A DNA stretch of 64,000 nt from assembly GCF_004010195.1 (NCBI RefSeq), contig NC_057744.1, forward strand, positions 8,980,416 through 9,044,415, given 5' to 3'. The stretch is from Chiloscyllium plagiosum. Taxonomy: Eukaryota. The position numbers and the translations under genes were made by a program. The notes under the pieces were generated by a model. That model worked only from the letters and a program-made list of their open reading frames with translations. It searched no databases and was not told the origin of the DNA. Shown piece by piece: positions 25,190 through 37,505 of this stretch (the stretch's first letter is position 1; every line of letters starts with the position of its first letter).

Positions 25190-25410
25190 AAATCACACAA
25201 CACCATGTTATAGTCCAACAGGTTTAATTGGAAGTATTAGCTTTCAGAGTGCTACTCCTTCATCAGATGGTTCATCAGGTCAACCACCTGATGAAGGAGC
25301 AGCGCATCGAAAGCTAGTGCTTCCAATTAAACCTGTTGGACTATAAGCTGGTGTTGTGGGATTTCTGACTTTGTACACCCCAGTCCAACACTGGCACCTC
25401 CATGTCATGA
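25190..25410. mobile_element. Fold-back (inverted) Penelope-type pLTR element with minimal hammerhead ribozyme core
   Basis: Inverted arms lie at about 25190-25272 and 25282-25364. The plus strand reads CAC-CTGATGA-AGGAGCAGCGCATC-GAAA-GCTA-GTG at 25285-25319. Confidence 0.75.
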
Positions 25411-25593
25411 TTTTCGTTAACAATTTATTTTCTGCCCTCCTCTCTAAAGATGCTAGAAATGGGCTGTGTTGAGTTGGTGACAGTAGTCCGTGGGATAAAA
25501 AGCAGATATCTAGACCAGATTATGCCACCCTCCATAGATAATACCATTGCCCAGCCAGATTTTATGAGTGCTCAAAAGTTCCTGCAATGCATA

Positions 25594-26015
25594 CCATCAG
25601 CAGTTCTCACTACAACAACAGCAGCTTATACCGATATTATGGTCTTTAACGTAGTAAACTCACTCAAGGCTACACACAGCACTGTGATCAGATAAGAAAT
25701 GACAGCAGGGGTTAAAGAAAGGAAATTAGGACAGGTGATTAAAAGCTCAAAGAGGGAAGTTTTAAGGAACAGCTTAAAGGCTTGGAGAGAAATTGAGATG
25801 TAGAGATTTGGAGAACACATTCTAGACCTCGGGGCTTAGATTACCATAGATACCAATGTCAGCACTGAGGATAGAAAATGGAGGGCACATATGAGGCTAG
25901 AATTAAAAGAACACAGAGTTGGTGATGGTGGTAGAGCTAGAGGAGGTTACAAAGTTCATGGGCTTATGGAAGGTGTTGAGGCAAGGCCATGGAGGGCTGG
26001 AATTTTAAAAGTGAG
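25594..26015. repeat. Second copy of the ~400-bp duplicated L2-like segment
   Basis: Colinear with 22812-23201. Confidence 0.85.
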
Positions 26016-26569
26016 TCAGTGGTGATTCAGAGCCAACCTAGCTCAGTGGATGCAGAGATGAAGGGACTTGCTGCAAGTTAGAACATAAGGGCCAGTGTTT
26101 TGGGGGAGTGTGTGGGGGGGGGCGGGGGGGGGGGCGGGGTGGAGGCTAACTGTTTCATGGAGAGTGGAAGATGAGAAACCAGCCAAAAGAGCATTCACAT
26201 AAATTAGTCTGGGTATAACAAAACCATCCATGAGAGTTTCAAAAGCACACGTGTTCAGCTAGGTCAACATTATAGAGTTGATCCTTGGAGACAATGATCA
26301 GCAGCACTTGATTAATTACACCTTTGCCTTATATTCCTATTTTAGAATTGGCCCATTCATATGCATGTAATAGAATTTAAAAATTGAATATTTGTCAAAC
26401 TAATTATATTGCAATTTTCTTTTAATAGTTCGGAATAATTATTTTCTGGTTTGCTTGTTCTACTTGTACAAACAGATTAATATCAAATTTGGGCCACATT
26501 GCTCAGCCTTCCACAAAGACTAATGTTTCCCAGACTGTAGTTACTCATTTCTTCAGTTATTCCAAGGTC

Positions 26570-27015
26570 ATAGAGCATAGAAACAGACAATTTAATTCAG
26601 CTCATCCATGCCGACCTGATATCCTAAATTAATCCAGGCCCATTTGCCAGCATTTAGCTTACATCCTTCCTATTCATATACCCATCCAGATGGCTTTTAA
26701 ATGTACCAGCCTCCACCACTTCCTCTGGCAGATCGTTCCATACAAGCACCACCCTCTGTGTGAAAACATTGTCCCTTAGGTCCCTCTTAAATCTTTCCCT
26801 CTAGTCTTGGACTCCCCATCCATGCTCTCCATGACTTTATAAACCTGTATAAGGTCACCCCTCAACCTCCGACGCTCCAGGGAAAATAGCCCCAGCCTAT
26901 TCAGCCTCTCCGTCTAGCTCCAAACCTCCAACCCTGGCAATATCCTTGCAAATCTTTTCTGAACCATTTCAAGTTTAACAACATCTTTCTTATAGCAGGG
27001 AGACCAGAACTGAAT
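26570..27015 (-). mobile_element. CR1 LINE 3' fragment
   Basis: Reverse complement of the CR1 3' end (TTCTGGTCTCCCTGCTATAAGAAAGATGTTG...GGGTATATGAATAGGAAGG). Confidence 0.85.
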
Positions 27016-27150
27016 ATTCCTATTGTCAATCTGTAAGAGTAATGAAAATACACCCTATTTCCAAAGTGGGGCTCGGACTCATGACATTCTGAATCAGGCA
27101 GGATCACATTGACCACCAGAGCTACATCAAAAAATATTTTTTGAACATAC

Positions 27151-27193
27151 CTTTTGCCAAGAATAGGACCAAAGTAACCACAAGTATCTTCAT
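27151..27193 (-). CDS. Apolipoprotein-like gene 1, exon 2 coding part (signal peptide, 43 nt; whole exon 27151-27211)
   Basis: Acceptor tgtcttttcacag|, Kozak-like atcATGA, translation MKILVVTLVLFLAK(G), donor G|gtatgt. A 43-nt coding length with a phase-1 intron matches APOA1 and APOE exon 2. Confidence 0.88.
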
Positions 27194-28079
27194 GATGATC
27201 AGTTTCTCAACCTGTGAAAAGACAATGTCACCTGTTAGACCTTGAAATTTCAACGATTAAAAGTGAGATGAATGATAAGCTTTGGACCACAAAACCCATG
27301 GAAACAAAACCTGGAATGCAATGGATCCCACTGTTTGTCCCACTGTGACCCCACTTTCAGGTGTGAGTGAGATTTGTGAAAGTGAAGTGTTTAAACTACA
27401 CTGCTTTTTTTAAAAGATAGAATCCTACCTTTTCACTGCTAGAGCAGAAATCAGGCTGCAGATACAGTCAGGCCTTCCCACCTGTTAAAAAAATCATATG
27501 GATTTAAGGGGGCCTTGCTATTCTTAAGACACAGTCCAATTGTCAAGGCAGCCATTGCAGTCTTGGAGCACAGATCCCAAAATATTGTCTCATAAGAGCC
27601 AATATAACATCGATATAACTTTTGACCTCTGAACGTGTCTCAGTATTCTACAGCCAATGTTTGAAATGCGGTCGCTCTTGGAACATCGGAACCACATCAA
27701 CTAATTTGTGCACAGCAAGCTCCCATGAACAGCAATGTGGTAATGACCAGATAACATGTTTCTCTAATGTTGATTGAGGGATAAATATTGACCAGGACAA
27801 TGAGGATCAGTCAGGCTTCTTTTCTGAATAAGGCCACATCCATTCACGAGAACAGAAAAGACATTAGATCAATATCTCAAAGACATTATCTCTGACTCCC
27901 TTAGTAATGCACTGGAATGTCACCTTAGCTCTTTGTGTTAAGCTGCTGGAGAAGGTCTACAGAGCCAAGTTTATTACACTGATACCAGACAATAAAACAG
28001 CAATTATTGCGGAAGAAACACACAATGTAGACTGGTTAATTATAGGAAATTGATAATTAGATTTTGGAAGCCTTGAAAA

Positions 28080-30650
28080 GTATGTGAATCATCCAATTAG
28101 AGGAGGGGCCATACTCTCAATGTATTGGCTAACAAGCCTAGTCAGGTGATTGCTCTTTCAGTGGGAGAGCATTTTGGGAACAATGATCACAACTCCTTAG
28201 ATTTTAAGATAGCTATGAATAAGGATAAGTCAGGGCCTGGTGGCAAGGTACTAAATTGGGGAAGGGCAAATTACATCAGTATTAGGCAGGAGCTAAGATA
28301 ATTAATTGGAAGGAGCTTTTATTAGGCAGGTCCACATTTGACATGTGGCAATTGTTTATAGACCTGTTGATGAGAGTTCAGGAGCAGTTCCATTAAGGAG
28401 AAGGACAGGATGGCAAGGTAAGGGACCCTTGGATAACGAGGGAAGTTGTGAATTTAGTCAAAGTTTTAAAATAGCATATATAAAGTTTCAGGAAGCTAAT
28501 GTTGGACAGGGACTGTGAGGAATATATAGAAAATAGGAAAAAAACTCAAGCAAGGATTTAGGAGAGCAAGAAGGGGCCATGAAATGACCTTGGCAAGTAG
28601 AGATAAAGAGAATCCCAAGGCATTCCATACGTACATACCTTAAAAACAAGAGGATGACTAGGAAGAAGGTAGGACCGGTCAAGGATAAAGTAGGGAACTT
28701 GTGCTTGGAGGCAGAGGATATGGGTGAGATCCTAAGTTAGTACTTTGCATCAGTATTCACCCAGGAGAAGGATATGGAGGACAGTAAGATTTGCGTGGAG
28801 TATGCTAATATCCGAGGGCATTTTGAGATCAAGAAATAAGTGGTGTTGGGTCTTTTGAAGAGCATTTAAGGCAGATAAGTCCCCAGGGCCTGATGGTATC
28901 TACTCCAGGTTATTGAGAGAGGCATAAGAGGAAATTGCTGGGGCCTTGACCAAGATCTTGATAGCCTTGCTATCCTGGAGGACTGGCTAGTAACTTAATA
29001 TTGTTCCTCTGTTCAAAAAGGAAAATATAGATAATCCAGGAAACGATATACTGGTGAATCGCACATCAGTGGTTGGGAAGCTATTGGAGAGAATTTGCTG
29101 TTTGTGATACATATAAATGGCTTCGATGAAAATGTAGATGGGTGGACGAGTAAGGTTGCAGATGATACAATGATCAATGGAGTTGTGGATAGTGCAGAAG
29201 GTTGTCAAAGGATACAAAGGGTTATAGATCAGTTGCAGAAATGGGTGGAGAAATAGCGAATGGAATTTAATCTGGGTAAGTGTGAGGTGCTGCACTTTGG
29301 GAGATCAAATGTTAAGGAAATGTACACTGTTAATGGCAGGACCCTGATCAGCATTGATGTACAGAGCGATCATGGGCTCAAGAATATAGTTCCCTGAAAG
29401 TGGCCACACAAGTAGAAAGGGTGGTAAAGAAGATATACGGCATGTTTCCCTTTATTGGTCGGGGAATTAATAACAAAAGTCAAGATATCATGTTGCAGTT
29501 TTATAAGACTTTGGTTAGGTGATACTTGAGAGTGCTACATTCAATTCTGATCGCCATATTATAGGAAGGATGTGGGGGCTTTGGGGAAGACGCAGAGGTT
29601 TATTAGGATGCTTCTTCGAGGAGAAAGTGAGGTCTGCAGATGCTGGAGATCAAAGTTGAAACTTTATTGCTGGAACAGCACAGCAGGTCAGGCGGGCATA
29701 AAGGATTAGTTTAATTTGGTATCATGTTCAGCACAACACCATGGGTTGAAGGGCCTGTTCCTGTGCTGTACAGTTCTATATATATTACTGACGATGACGA
29801 GGAGCTTGAATGTATGGTGGCTAAATTTACAAGACAGGTAGGAAAATGTGTTGTCGTAAAAAGGATGCTGACTGACACAGAGTTTAAATTGGTGGGCCAA
29901 GATCTGACAGCTGCAGTAGAATGTTCACTTTTCAAAAGAATAGAAAGGTAGAGTATTATTTTAAACAGAGAATTACTGCAGAATTCTGAGGTGCAGAGAA
30001 ACCTTGGTACTCTGTTGCATGAGTCACAAAATCTGAGTATGCAGGCTCAATAAGTAATTAAGAAGGCTGATGGGATGCTGTCTTTTTCATTATGAGAAGA
30101 ATTGAACATAAAAGTAAGGATGTTATGCTTGAGCTATAGGGCATTGGTGAGACCATAGCTCTAATACTGAGGGAAGTTTTGGCCTCTTTATTTAAGGATG
30201 GATATAAATATTGGAGACAGTTCAAAGGAGCTTTGCTAGATTGATTGGAATGTTGGATTGTTTTGAGGATAGATTTGACTTCTCTTCACTGGTGTTTAAA
30301 ACAATGAGAGGTACCTTGGTTGAAATTTATAAGATCCAGAATGTTCTTGACAAACTGTGTGTGGCAAGAACATTTAGCCTTGTCGTTAATCCCAGAAATA
30401 GGGGGTGCTACTTTAAAGTTGGGCCCACCCTTTTTAGGACTGAGAAAAGGGGAATTTGTTTCCCTCAGTGGCTTGTGTGAGTTTTGAACACTCTGCTGCA
30501 GAAAAGGCAGTACACTCGAGTTAATGAAAACTTTTTAAGACATAGATGGGCGGAGTCAAGGATTATCATGGATAAATGGGAATGTGGAATTCAGAATATG
30601 AACTGACCAGGCTGTGATCTTATTGAATGGGAGATCAGACTCAAGGCATC
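28080..30650 (+). mobile_element. Degenerate CR1 LINE fragments (at least two elements, plus a pLTR piece at about 29620-29692)
   Basis: Endonuclease-end, RT and 3' motifs (KENPKAF, ADDTMING, FNLGKCEVLHFG) with many disablements. Confidence 0.8.
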
Positions 30651-32386
30651 CTTCTGCCTTTTTTTTTATTTTTGTTCACATCTTTTGGGTGACAGAAATT
30701 CTATTAAAATATGTATCAGCGAACATATCACTTGGTTAAGAATACACTTCAGTTCAGGGATGTCACATGGCCATTTGGTCTAACTGATCTAGACCAGTGT
30801 TTATATTCTGCATGAGTCTCCTCCCATCTTATCATTACTGCCATCAGATTCACCCTCTTTCAATGGGCAGATTGATAAACACTCTTATCAGAGTGTGTCA
30901 GAATGTACGTTGATAATCGGATCATTTCAGCAACAGCTAAAGAGTAAATAGAAACTATTGATTTACAACAGTTCCCGACATTTTTCTTTAAAACAAACCA
31001 ATTTTCCATCACAAGCAAAACTGCAGTTGAATCTCCAGCAGCTGCAGTATTTTCCTTTTACTGTAACATCTGAAGGTGTACTGGGTTGGAGCTCTTACCT
31101 ATAAGCTCTGAGACATATTAGTTAAATAAGCTACCACTAAATCACCCATGTCTCTAATTAAGGTAATAATTAACAAGCACTGCCAAGCAGGAACAGTGGG
31201 ACATGGTTTTCAAAGTGCACAGCATAGTGGTATGGCAGCCTCACAATTGTGATTGTTGAAAGAATCCTGGAGCACATATAGTCGGTCCCTCAGTTTCTAA
31301 TAAATGATTGAAATCTCACGCAATTCAAAATTAATCACTAATTTAATAATGCAAAATGGAATACTCCACACAGGAGGTAGGCACATTCGTGCACAATTTA
31401 GAAAGATACCAATTACTCTATATTACGCCAATTGGAACTATGATTTTTTTTGGGGGGGGGGCGGTGGGAAATTGCAAATTTAGAAATGGAACCGGACCAG
31501 CATATAACTGGTCAAGGAGACAGTGCATAGCGATCATGTTATTGAACTAGAAGCTCCCGTTCGGGCTGTTGTGGAGGAGTGGTAATATCTCTTCCTCTGA
31601 GCCAGGAGGCCATATGTTCCAGAGATGTGTAATAACATTACCGATCTTATCGTCCAGGGACTCCAGACAATATTTTGACCTTATCTCCCCTAATAACATT
31701 ACCGAACAAGTTGACTAGGAAAATATTTAGAGGCTGGAGATTAAAACTGAGGACGCGAAGTCACACTGCCTCCAATGACGAGGGAACTTTAAATTCATTC
31801 TGGAGTTACATAACAATAAAATATTGCCCAGTTTCCAGTTCAACAATGTCCTTAAGGAAAGGATGTAGCATTTGGGAGAGAAATTAGCGCTGCTAATTAT
31901 CACTTTCAGCTTTACACTCCTGATTAAAACCGCAGACGTGTCCGATACTAATTTCCACAGTTTACCAAAAAAGGCCATGATTTTGTTCCTTTCACTTTTC
32001 CTCATCCCCAGGGCTGCATGGTCTCTTGGCGGATCACATCCTCCGGTGTCCCGCTCCACACCACAGTGAACATCAATCCCACATTGGGAGGAACAGGGGC
32101 TTGTTCCACCCCAGTGTCACCACACACACACACACTCACACACACACACCTGCATGACTGGGAGGAGAAATCCCAGGCGCAAGTCTCTGTCCCACCACCC
32201 ACCAAAGCGGCGACATCATGGGCAATTATAACTGCCCTACTCTCGGCACAGAGACTGAATCTGCTATTTTAGTCCAGACGCTTCACCACTGGTGAAAGTG
32301 AAAATTTCACACACTAAGAAGAACTATTCGTCAGGTCGCCACAAAATAAACTTTTTACAACCGTTAATTCATCCTGAAACACTTAC

Positions 32387-32420
32387 CTCTCTGTCTTCAA
32401 TCTATTGCTTTCTGTTCCAA
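32387..32420 (-). other. Putative non-coding exon 1 of apolipoprotein-like gene 1 (5' end estimated)
   Basis: A consensus donor GAG|gtaagt at 32387/32386 lies 62 nt downstream of GTTAATAAA. Gene 2 has the same geometry. Confidence 0.55.
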
Positions 32421-32448
32421 CTGATTTCCCAACTTCCCTTCCCTGAGG

Positions 32449-32535
32449 TTTATTAACCTGCTGTTATCTCTTGCGTCTGATAAAGAGGGAACAGTAAACT
32501 ACAGACGGAGCTTATTTTTCGTTTTGTAGCAAACA
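32449..32535 (-). promoter_or_regulatory. Putative promoter of gene 1 (TATA-like GTTAATAAA, paired GATA sites, FOXA-like site)
   Basis: GTTAATAAA at 32449-32457, AGATAA at 32464-32469 (-), TGATAA at 32478-32483 (+) and TGTTTGC at 32529-32535 (-). Confidence 0.5.
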
Positions 32536-32887
32536 TTGAATGTGGAAATCTGCATCAGCTGATGATGGTGATGCTACAGACCAAATACGATTGATCAAAA
32601 CTGCCAAGGAAGAAGCTACTGCTGTCGGCGATTTTAACTGCATCATTCTAAAATAATTGAGACTATTCCTATCCTTGGGATCATGGCAAGAATCCCTCCT
32701 GATCCAAAGTCATGCTGGGGATGAAGGTTGGAATCAGATTTGGATAGAAGAGGATAGGGTGAGAGGTAATTGTCTGCATGACCAAAGTTAGTTGGAAACC
32801 ACAGATAAATCTCCATCGCAACTATTAGCCTAAACACCTCAATAATCAAACGGAGAGGATCACAGAGTGGGCCCACTCTATTCTTGC

Positions 32888-33090
32888 TGAAACAAAACCA
32901 GAAATTGCTGGAAAAGCTCAGCAGGTCCGGCAGCATCTGTAGAAAGAAATCGTTTCAGGTCGAGTATCGTTCTGAGGAAAGTTCACTCCACCCGAAAACA
33001 TTAACTCTGGATTCTTTCCACAGAAGCTGCCTGACCTGCTGAGCTTTTCCAGTAATTTCTGTCTTTGTTTCTGATTTACAGTATCCGCTA
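32888..33090. mobile_element. Fold-back Penelope-type pLTR element
   Basis: Inverted arms CAGAAATTGCTGGAAAAGCTCAGCAGGTC / GACCTGCTGAGCTTTTCCAGTAATTTCTG with a central CTGAGGA...CGAAA core. Confidence 0.7.
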
Positions 33091-33129
33091 CCCTTGCTGA
33101 TCCACTACTGTTTGTGGTCGCTCCTGCCA

Positions 33130-33790
33130 CAAGATCAGCTGCCAATGGCCACACTTGCCTGCACTGTGCCATCCTGCCACAGGATTCTGCCCCCAGCTCC
33201 TCTGTGACATCTGTCCTCCAACTCCACTTCGGTTGAACGCACTTTCTGCTGCCCTCCACTTTACCTTCTTGAACAGATTTCTGTAAACGTTTCTGCACTG
33301 GTCGACTTACCTAAAATACTGTTTTTTTTCTGAGTGTTAGTTTTTCCAAGTTCTTTTTGCCCTTGCAGTTTCAAACTTTTCTTCGTTTGTGATAAAGGCT
33401 GCATATGGAACTTTAGCATACGTTTTAACAACCACATTTCAAAGGTCTCCAATTTCTCTCATATACCTTGATGTGGCAAACGTGGAAGTGGATACAAATG
33501 AGCAACTTATGGTTTTCCCTTGTTACAAGCTGGTGTTTTTTTTGTAAGCATTTTATCCTTCATCTTCCACCAAACTACTTTTAGCTTTCTTTGTCCTTCT
33601 AACTTTTGAACCACATCTAATATGTTCCGTTACAATTTGTTCTAAATAGATATACTCTCCTTCAGGAGCTGACACCATCCACTTCAAGCTTCACTCTCAT
33701 CTCTGCTAATGTATTCCTTCTAACTACCGTTGTTTTGGCTTTTTCGTGTGCATCCTTAATCCATATTTTTGTTCAATATCAGACAACAGT
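33130..33790 (-). mobile_element. RTE-clade LINE 3' fragment, degenerate
   Basis: ETFEMWLLKRMLK and QEGKVEGSRK...KWSW resemble the RTE C-terminal motifs (AFEMWxxRRML, GKIEGKRxRGRP..W). Confidence 0.7.
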
Positions 33791-33979
33791 AATGTTCATT
33801 TATATAGCACCTCTACAGTGGCAAAGCTTCATAATGTACTTCACAGGAACACTAAGCAAAACTTGATTTTTGAGCCACATGAGAACATAGTAGGGCAGGG
33901 GTGATGTAAAAATTGAATCAAATAAGAATCAGCAAAGATAGGGGTGATGTCAGAATAGGAATTGCTATTTAGAATACAA

Positions 33980-34638
33980 GCGCGGGTAGATAGGATAGTG
34001 AAGAAGACGTTTGATATGCTTTCCTTTATCGGTCAGAGTATTGAGTACAGGAGTTGGAAGGTCATGTTGCGGCTATACAGGACATTGGTTAGGCCACTGT
34101 TGGAATATTGGTGCAATTCTGGTCTCCTTCCTATCGGAAAGATGTTGTGAAACTTGAAAGGGATCAGAAAAGATTTACAAGGATGTTGCCAGGGTTGGAG
34201 GATTTGAGCAATAGGGAGAGGCTGAACAGGATGGGGCTGTTTTCCCTGGAGCGTCGGAGGCTGAGGGGTGACCTGATAGAGGTTTACAAAATTATGAAGG
34301 ACATGGGTAACTAGGCAAAGTCTTTTCCCTGGGGTCAGGGAGTCCATAACAAGAGGGCATAGGTTTAGGGTGAGAGGGGAAAGATATAAAAGAGACTTAT
34401 GAGGCAACTTTTTCACACAGAGGGTGGTACGTGTATAGAATGAGCTGCCAGAGGAAGTGGAGGAAGCTGGTACAATTGCAACATTTAAGAGGCATTTGGA
34501 TGGGTATTTGAATAGGAAGGGTTTGGAGGGATATGGGCCGGGTGCTGGCAGGTGGGGCTGGATTGGGTTGGGATACCTGGACAGGTTAGACCGAAGGGTC
34601 TGTTTCCATGCTGTACATCTCTATGACTCTATGACTCT
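33980..34638 (+). mobile_element. CR1/HER1-like LINE 3' fragment
   Basis: LYRTLVRPLLEY, QFWSPSYRKD and RRRLRGDLIEVYKI, followed by a CTCTATGA repeat tail. Confidence 0.92.
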
Positions 34639-35939
34639 AAGCAGCTCAAATTTACTGGAGAAGGTGAGTCCCAGCCAAGAGAGCATTGGAGCAACTAAGG
34701 ATGAGAGATTTTCAGCAGCACATGAGTTGAGGCGTGAATGGTGAAGGTGGAAGAGGCATCAGTGATGCAGCAAAAAAAATCACAGTTTCTGAATCTGAGT
34801 TTTCACCAGCCCAGTCTGACAATTCTGAGAACCTTGATCATATCTCAGAGAAGGCATTTACAGATGCAGTACGCAGGGATCATTGAGTACATGTTTTTAA
34901 TCAATAGCTCAGGACAAATGACTCTTGTTTCTCATATTTTTATTGGGTACTACAATTAAAGCAGTACATAGACTACCAAAATCATTCAATATTCATTTGC
35001 AACATTTGATGACTTTAAAGCAATTCTGCACACCTATTGGTGAACATATAAATGCAGTTACTAAAACAGTGACATAGCATGTTGTATGTAAAATACTGCT
35101 CTAACATTATTAATTGTTAGTAGTTTATTTGTTAGCCACTTTTTAAAATTTCAATCACTGCATGTGTGTGTCATTGCCTAGTCCAGCATTTATTGCCCAT
35201 CCCTAATTACCCTTGAGAAAGTGGTGCTGAGATGCTGTCTTGGAACTGCTACAATCCTTGAAGTAGAGGATTCCCGCAATGATAATAAGGAGGGACTTTC
35301 AAGATTTGGACACAGCAATATTGTACAGTGATATCTTGCCAAGTCAGGACGATGAGTAGCTTGGAGGGAAACTTGACGTTCCCATTTATCTGTGACCTTT
35401 GTCCTTCTACATAGAACATAGAATACAATAGAGAACAATAATAGCACAGAAGCAGGCCCTGCAGATATATGGTGCCATTCTAAAATAATCCCAACTGCGT
35501 GCACAAATCAATTTCTCTCAATTTATTCAATTCTGGATGGTAGAGATTGCAGATTTAGAAGATGCTGTCAAAGCAATTTGGGTGAAGTGCTGCAATGCTT
35601 CTGATAAATGGTTATTCGGTCCAGATTTACATTTTCTTTTGACTTAACTGAACTGAAGTGACAGTGTTTGGGAGGAAATGCAGCATCATAAGACTTTTTC
35701 AGTGGATTATCTCAGTTCAAACATCGTAGAGTTAATAGAGACAGCACAACTCCAGAAAAGACACTGTCTAGCCTCCCCATCTTTCCTTCTCCTTCAAATA
35801 CACAGTGAAGATAATTCTCTGCAGAAGAAATACGTCAAGTCAACAGGTAATACATACAGGGTTGGTCATTCACAGAAATATGTTGTTGGATTTAAAATAA
35901 AGAAAGCATAATTATTTAACTATTATGATTGGTTGGAAA

Positions 35940-35945
35940 TTTAAT
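35940..35945 (-). terminator. Polyadenylation signal (ATTAAA), apolipoprotein-like gene 2
   Basis: Lies 45 nt after the stop codon, within the shared 3'UTR motif. Confidence 0.7.
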
Positions 35946-35990
35946 TAAGTATTCTCTGTGCCCAGTGAACCTCATTGGAGTCAGAAACCA

Positions 35991-36447
35991 TTAAGCTTTT
36001 TTTTTCAATCGCTGCGATTTCAAGAATTTTATCATGCCTTCGTTTACCACGTCAACCACAGATGTAAAATATTCCTTCATCCCTTGAGTGAATTGAGTGA
36101 AGTTTCCAGAGGTAGGAGTGGTTATGTTGTAAATTTCTTCCACCCGGTGGGTGGCGCCCTCATATATCGAATCCAAACCATTAATCAGATTCTCACGGTT
36201 AACATTGAGGCTTTCTGAAAGCTGTTCCAATTCCTCATGAATGGAGGATATTGTTTCATTGTCAACTGCCTCATATAATTCTTTTGTTGCCTGCTCCATC
36301 CTGTCATAGATCAAACTGGCCTGCTCTAACAGAAGAAAATAGGCATCCTCCCCTTTCCACTTGATGTTCGTTAACCATGGGAATAGTTCCACTGATGAAT
36401 ATTCAACCAAAATTTTGAGAAATGTCGTAACACCTTCTAAATTTGAC
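35991..36447 (-). CDS. Apolipoprotein-like gene 2, last coding exon (exon 4)
   Basis: Acceptor tgttttttttctataaag|G is phase 2, and the frame is open for 457 nt to TAA. The acidic amphipathic-helical translation (SNLEGVTTFLKILVEY...IHEELEQLSESL...YNITTPTSG...KKKA) is homologous to exon 4 of gene 3. Confidence 0.85.
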
Positions 36448-36977
36448 CTTTATAGAAAAAAAACATAAAGTTCTCAGTTTCACATAGACATGTATAGAAC
36501 ATGCAGACCACAAACAGTGCATTAAGACCCACACAGTTATTCTGGTACTTAAACTCCACACAAGACACCTCCTACCCTCCTCCTGTATTCTTCCACTGAA
36601 TGCTGTCTCAAGCATGCAACAAGTCTCCCTTTAAATTTGGTAATTCAATTTGATTTTCTAAAGCTACTTTTCAAATATTTTTCTTCCTCACTCTTTTCTT
36701 GGTGTAAATATACAAGAGAATAATAATGGAATAGTTCTAATCCCATTTTTTGGGCACAGGGGCCATAGACCCACCAGGAACTGCCAGTTGCTGAAGGATG
36801 CCTTGTACTGACATTGGCTTTGAGTGAGAGCTACACGGATAGAGAACTAGAAGAGAGAGGCTGGAGACCTTGGTGGTAGGGGTCAACAGGAAGAATGGTG
36901 ATGCTTCTGCTGCATAGGGTCATGCCCTAAGGACCTGGCGGCAGTACAATAAGAAGTTTCCTAATCTGTATCTGACT

Positions 36978-37505
36978 TTTTAGGAATGGGAGTTGGTTGT
37001 CCTTTTCTTCTTCTCTCGTGAATCGGATTCCTGTGAGTGTGGCGTTGATGATCCGGTGTGTTTTTTCTATTTCCGTGTTTTTAATGATTACAAACGTGTC
37101 ATCGAATATCTGACCCAGAGTTTGGGTTGAATTTGTGGTAGGACTGTTTGGTCTAACCTTTGCATAACTGCCTCTGCTATGAGTCCCGAGATTGGTGATC
37201 CCATGGGTGTTCCGTTGATTTGTTCGTATATCTGGTTGTTGAATGTGAAGTGTGTTGTGAGGCACAAGTCCAGTAGTTTAAGTATGCCGTCTTTGTTGAT
37301 AGGTTCAGCGTCCTGTTTTCTGTTCTGTATGTCCAGTAGGTTGGCTATTGTATCTCTGGCTAGGGTTTTGTCAATCGAAGTGAACAGTGCCGTCACGTCG
37401 AATGATATCATGGTTTTTTCTTTGTCTATGTGTATATTTCTGATGATGTCCAAGAATTCCTGTGTTGACTGTATAGAGTGTTTGGATTCGCTGACCAGGT
37501 GTTTC
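36978..37505 (-). mobile_element. Penelope-like RT internal fragment inserted in gene 2 intron 3
   Basis: SFDVTALFTSI, FTFNNQIYEQINGTPMGSPISG, DDTF and FTREEEKDNQLPFL are Penelope RT motifs. The fragment is flanked by the 13-bp direct repeat AGTTTCCTAATCT. Confidence 0.9.

Noticed and set aside
31099-31128. Alternative exon 1 for gene 1 (donor TAG|gtaaga at about 31099 with nearby TATTTAA)
   Set aside because: The TATA-like word is only about 25 nt from the donor, leaving no room for an exon. The 32387 site matches gene 2's geometry. It cannot be fully excluded as an extra UTR exon.
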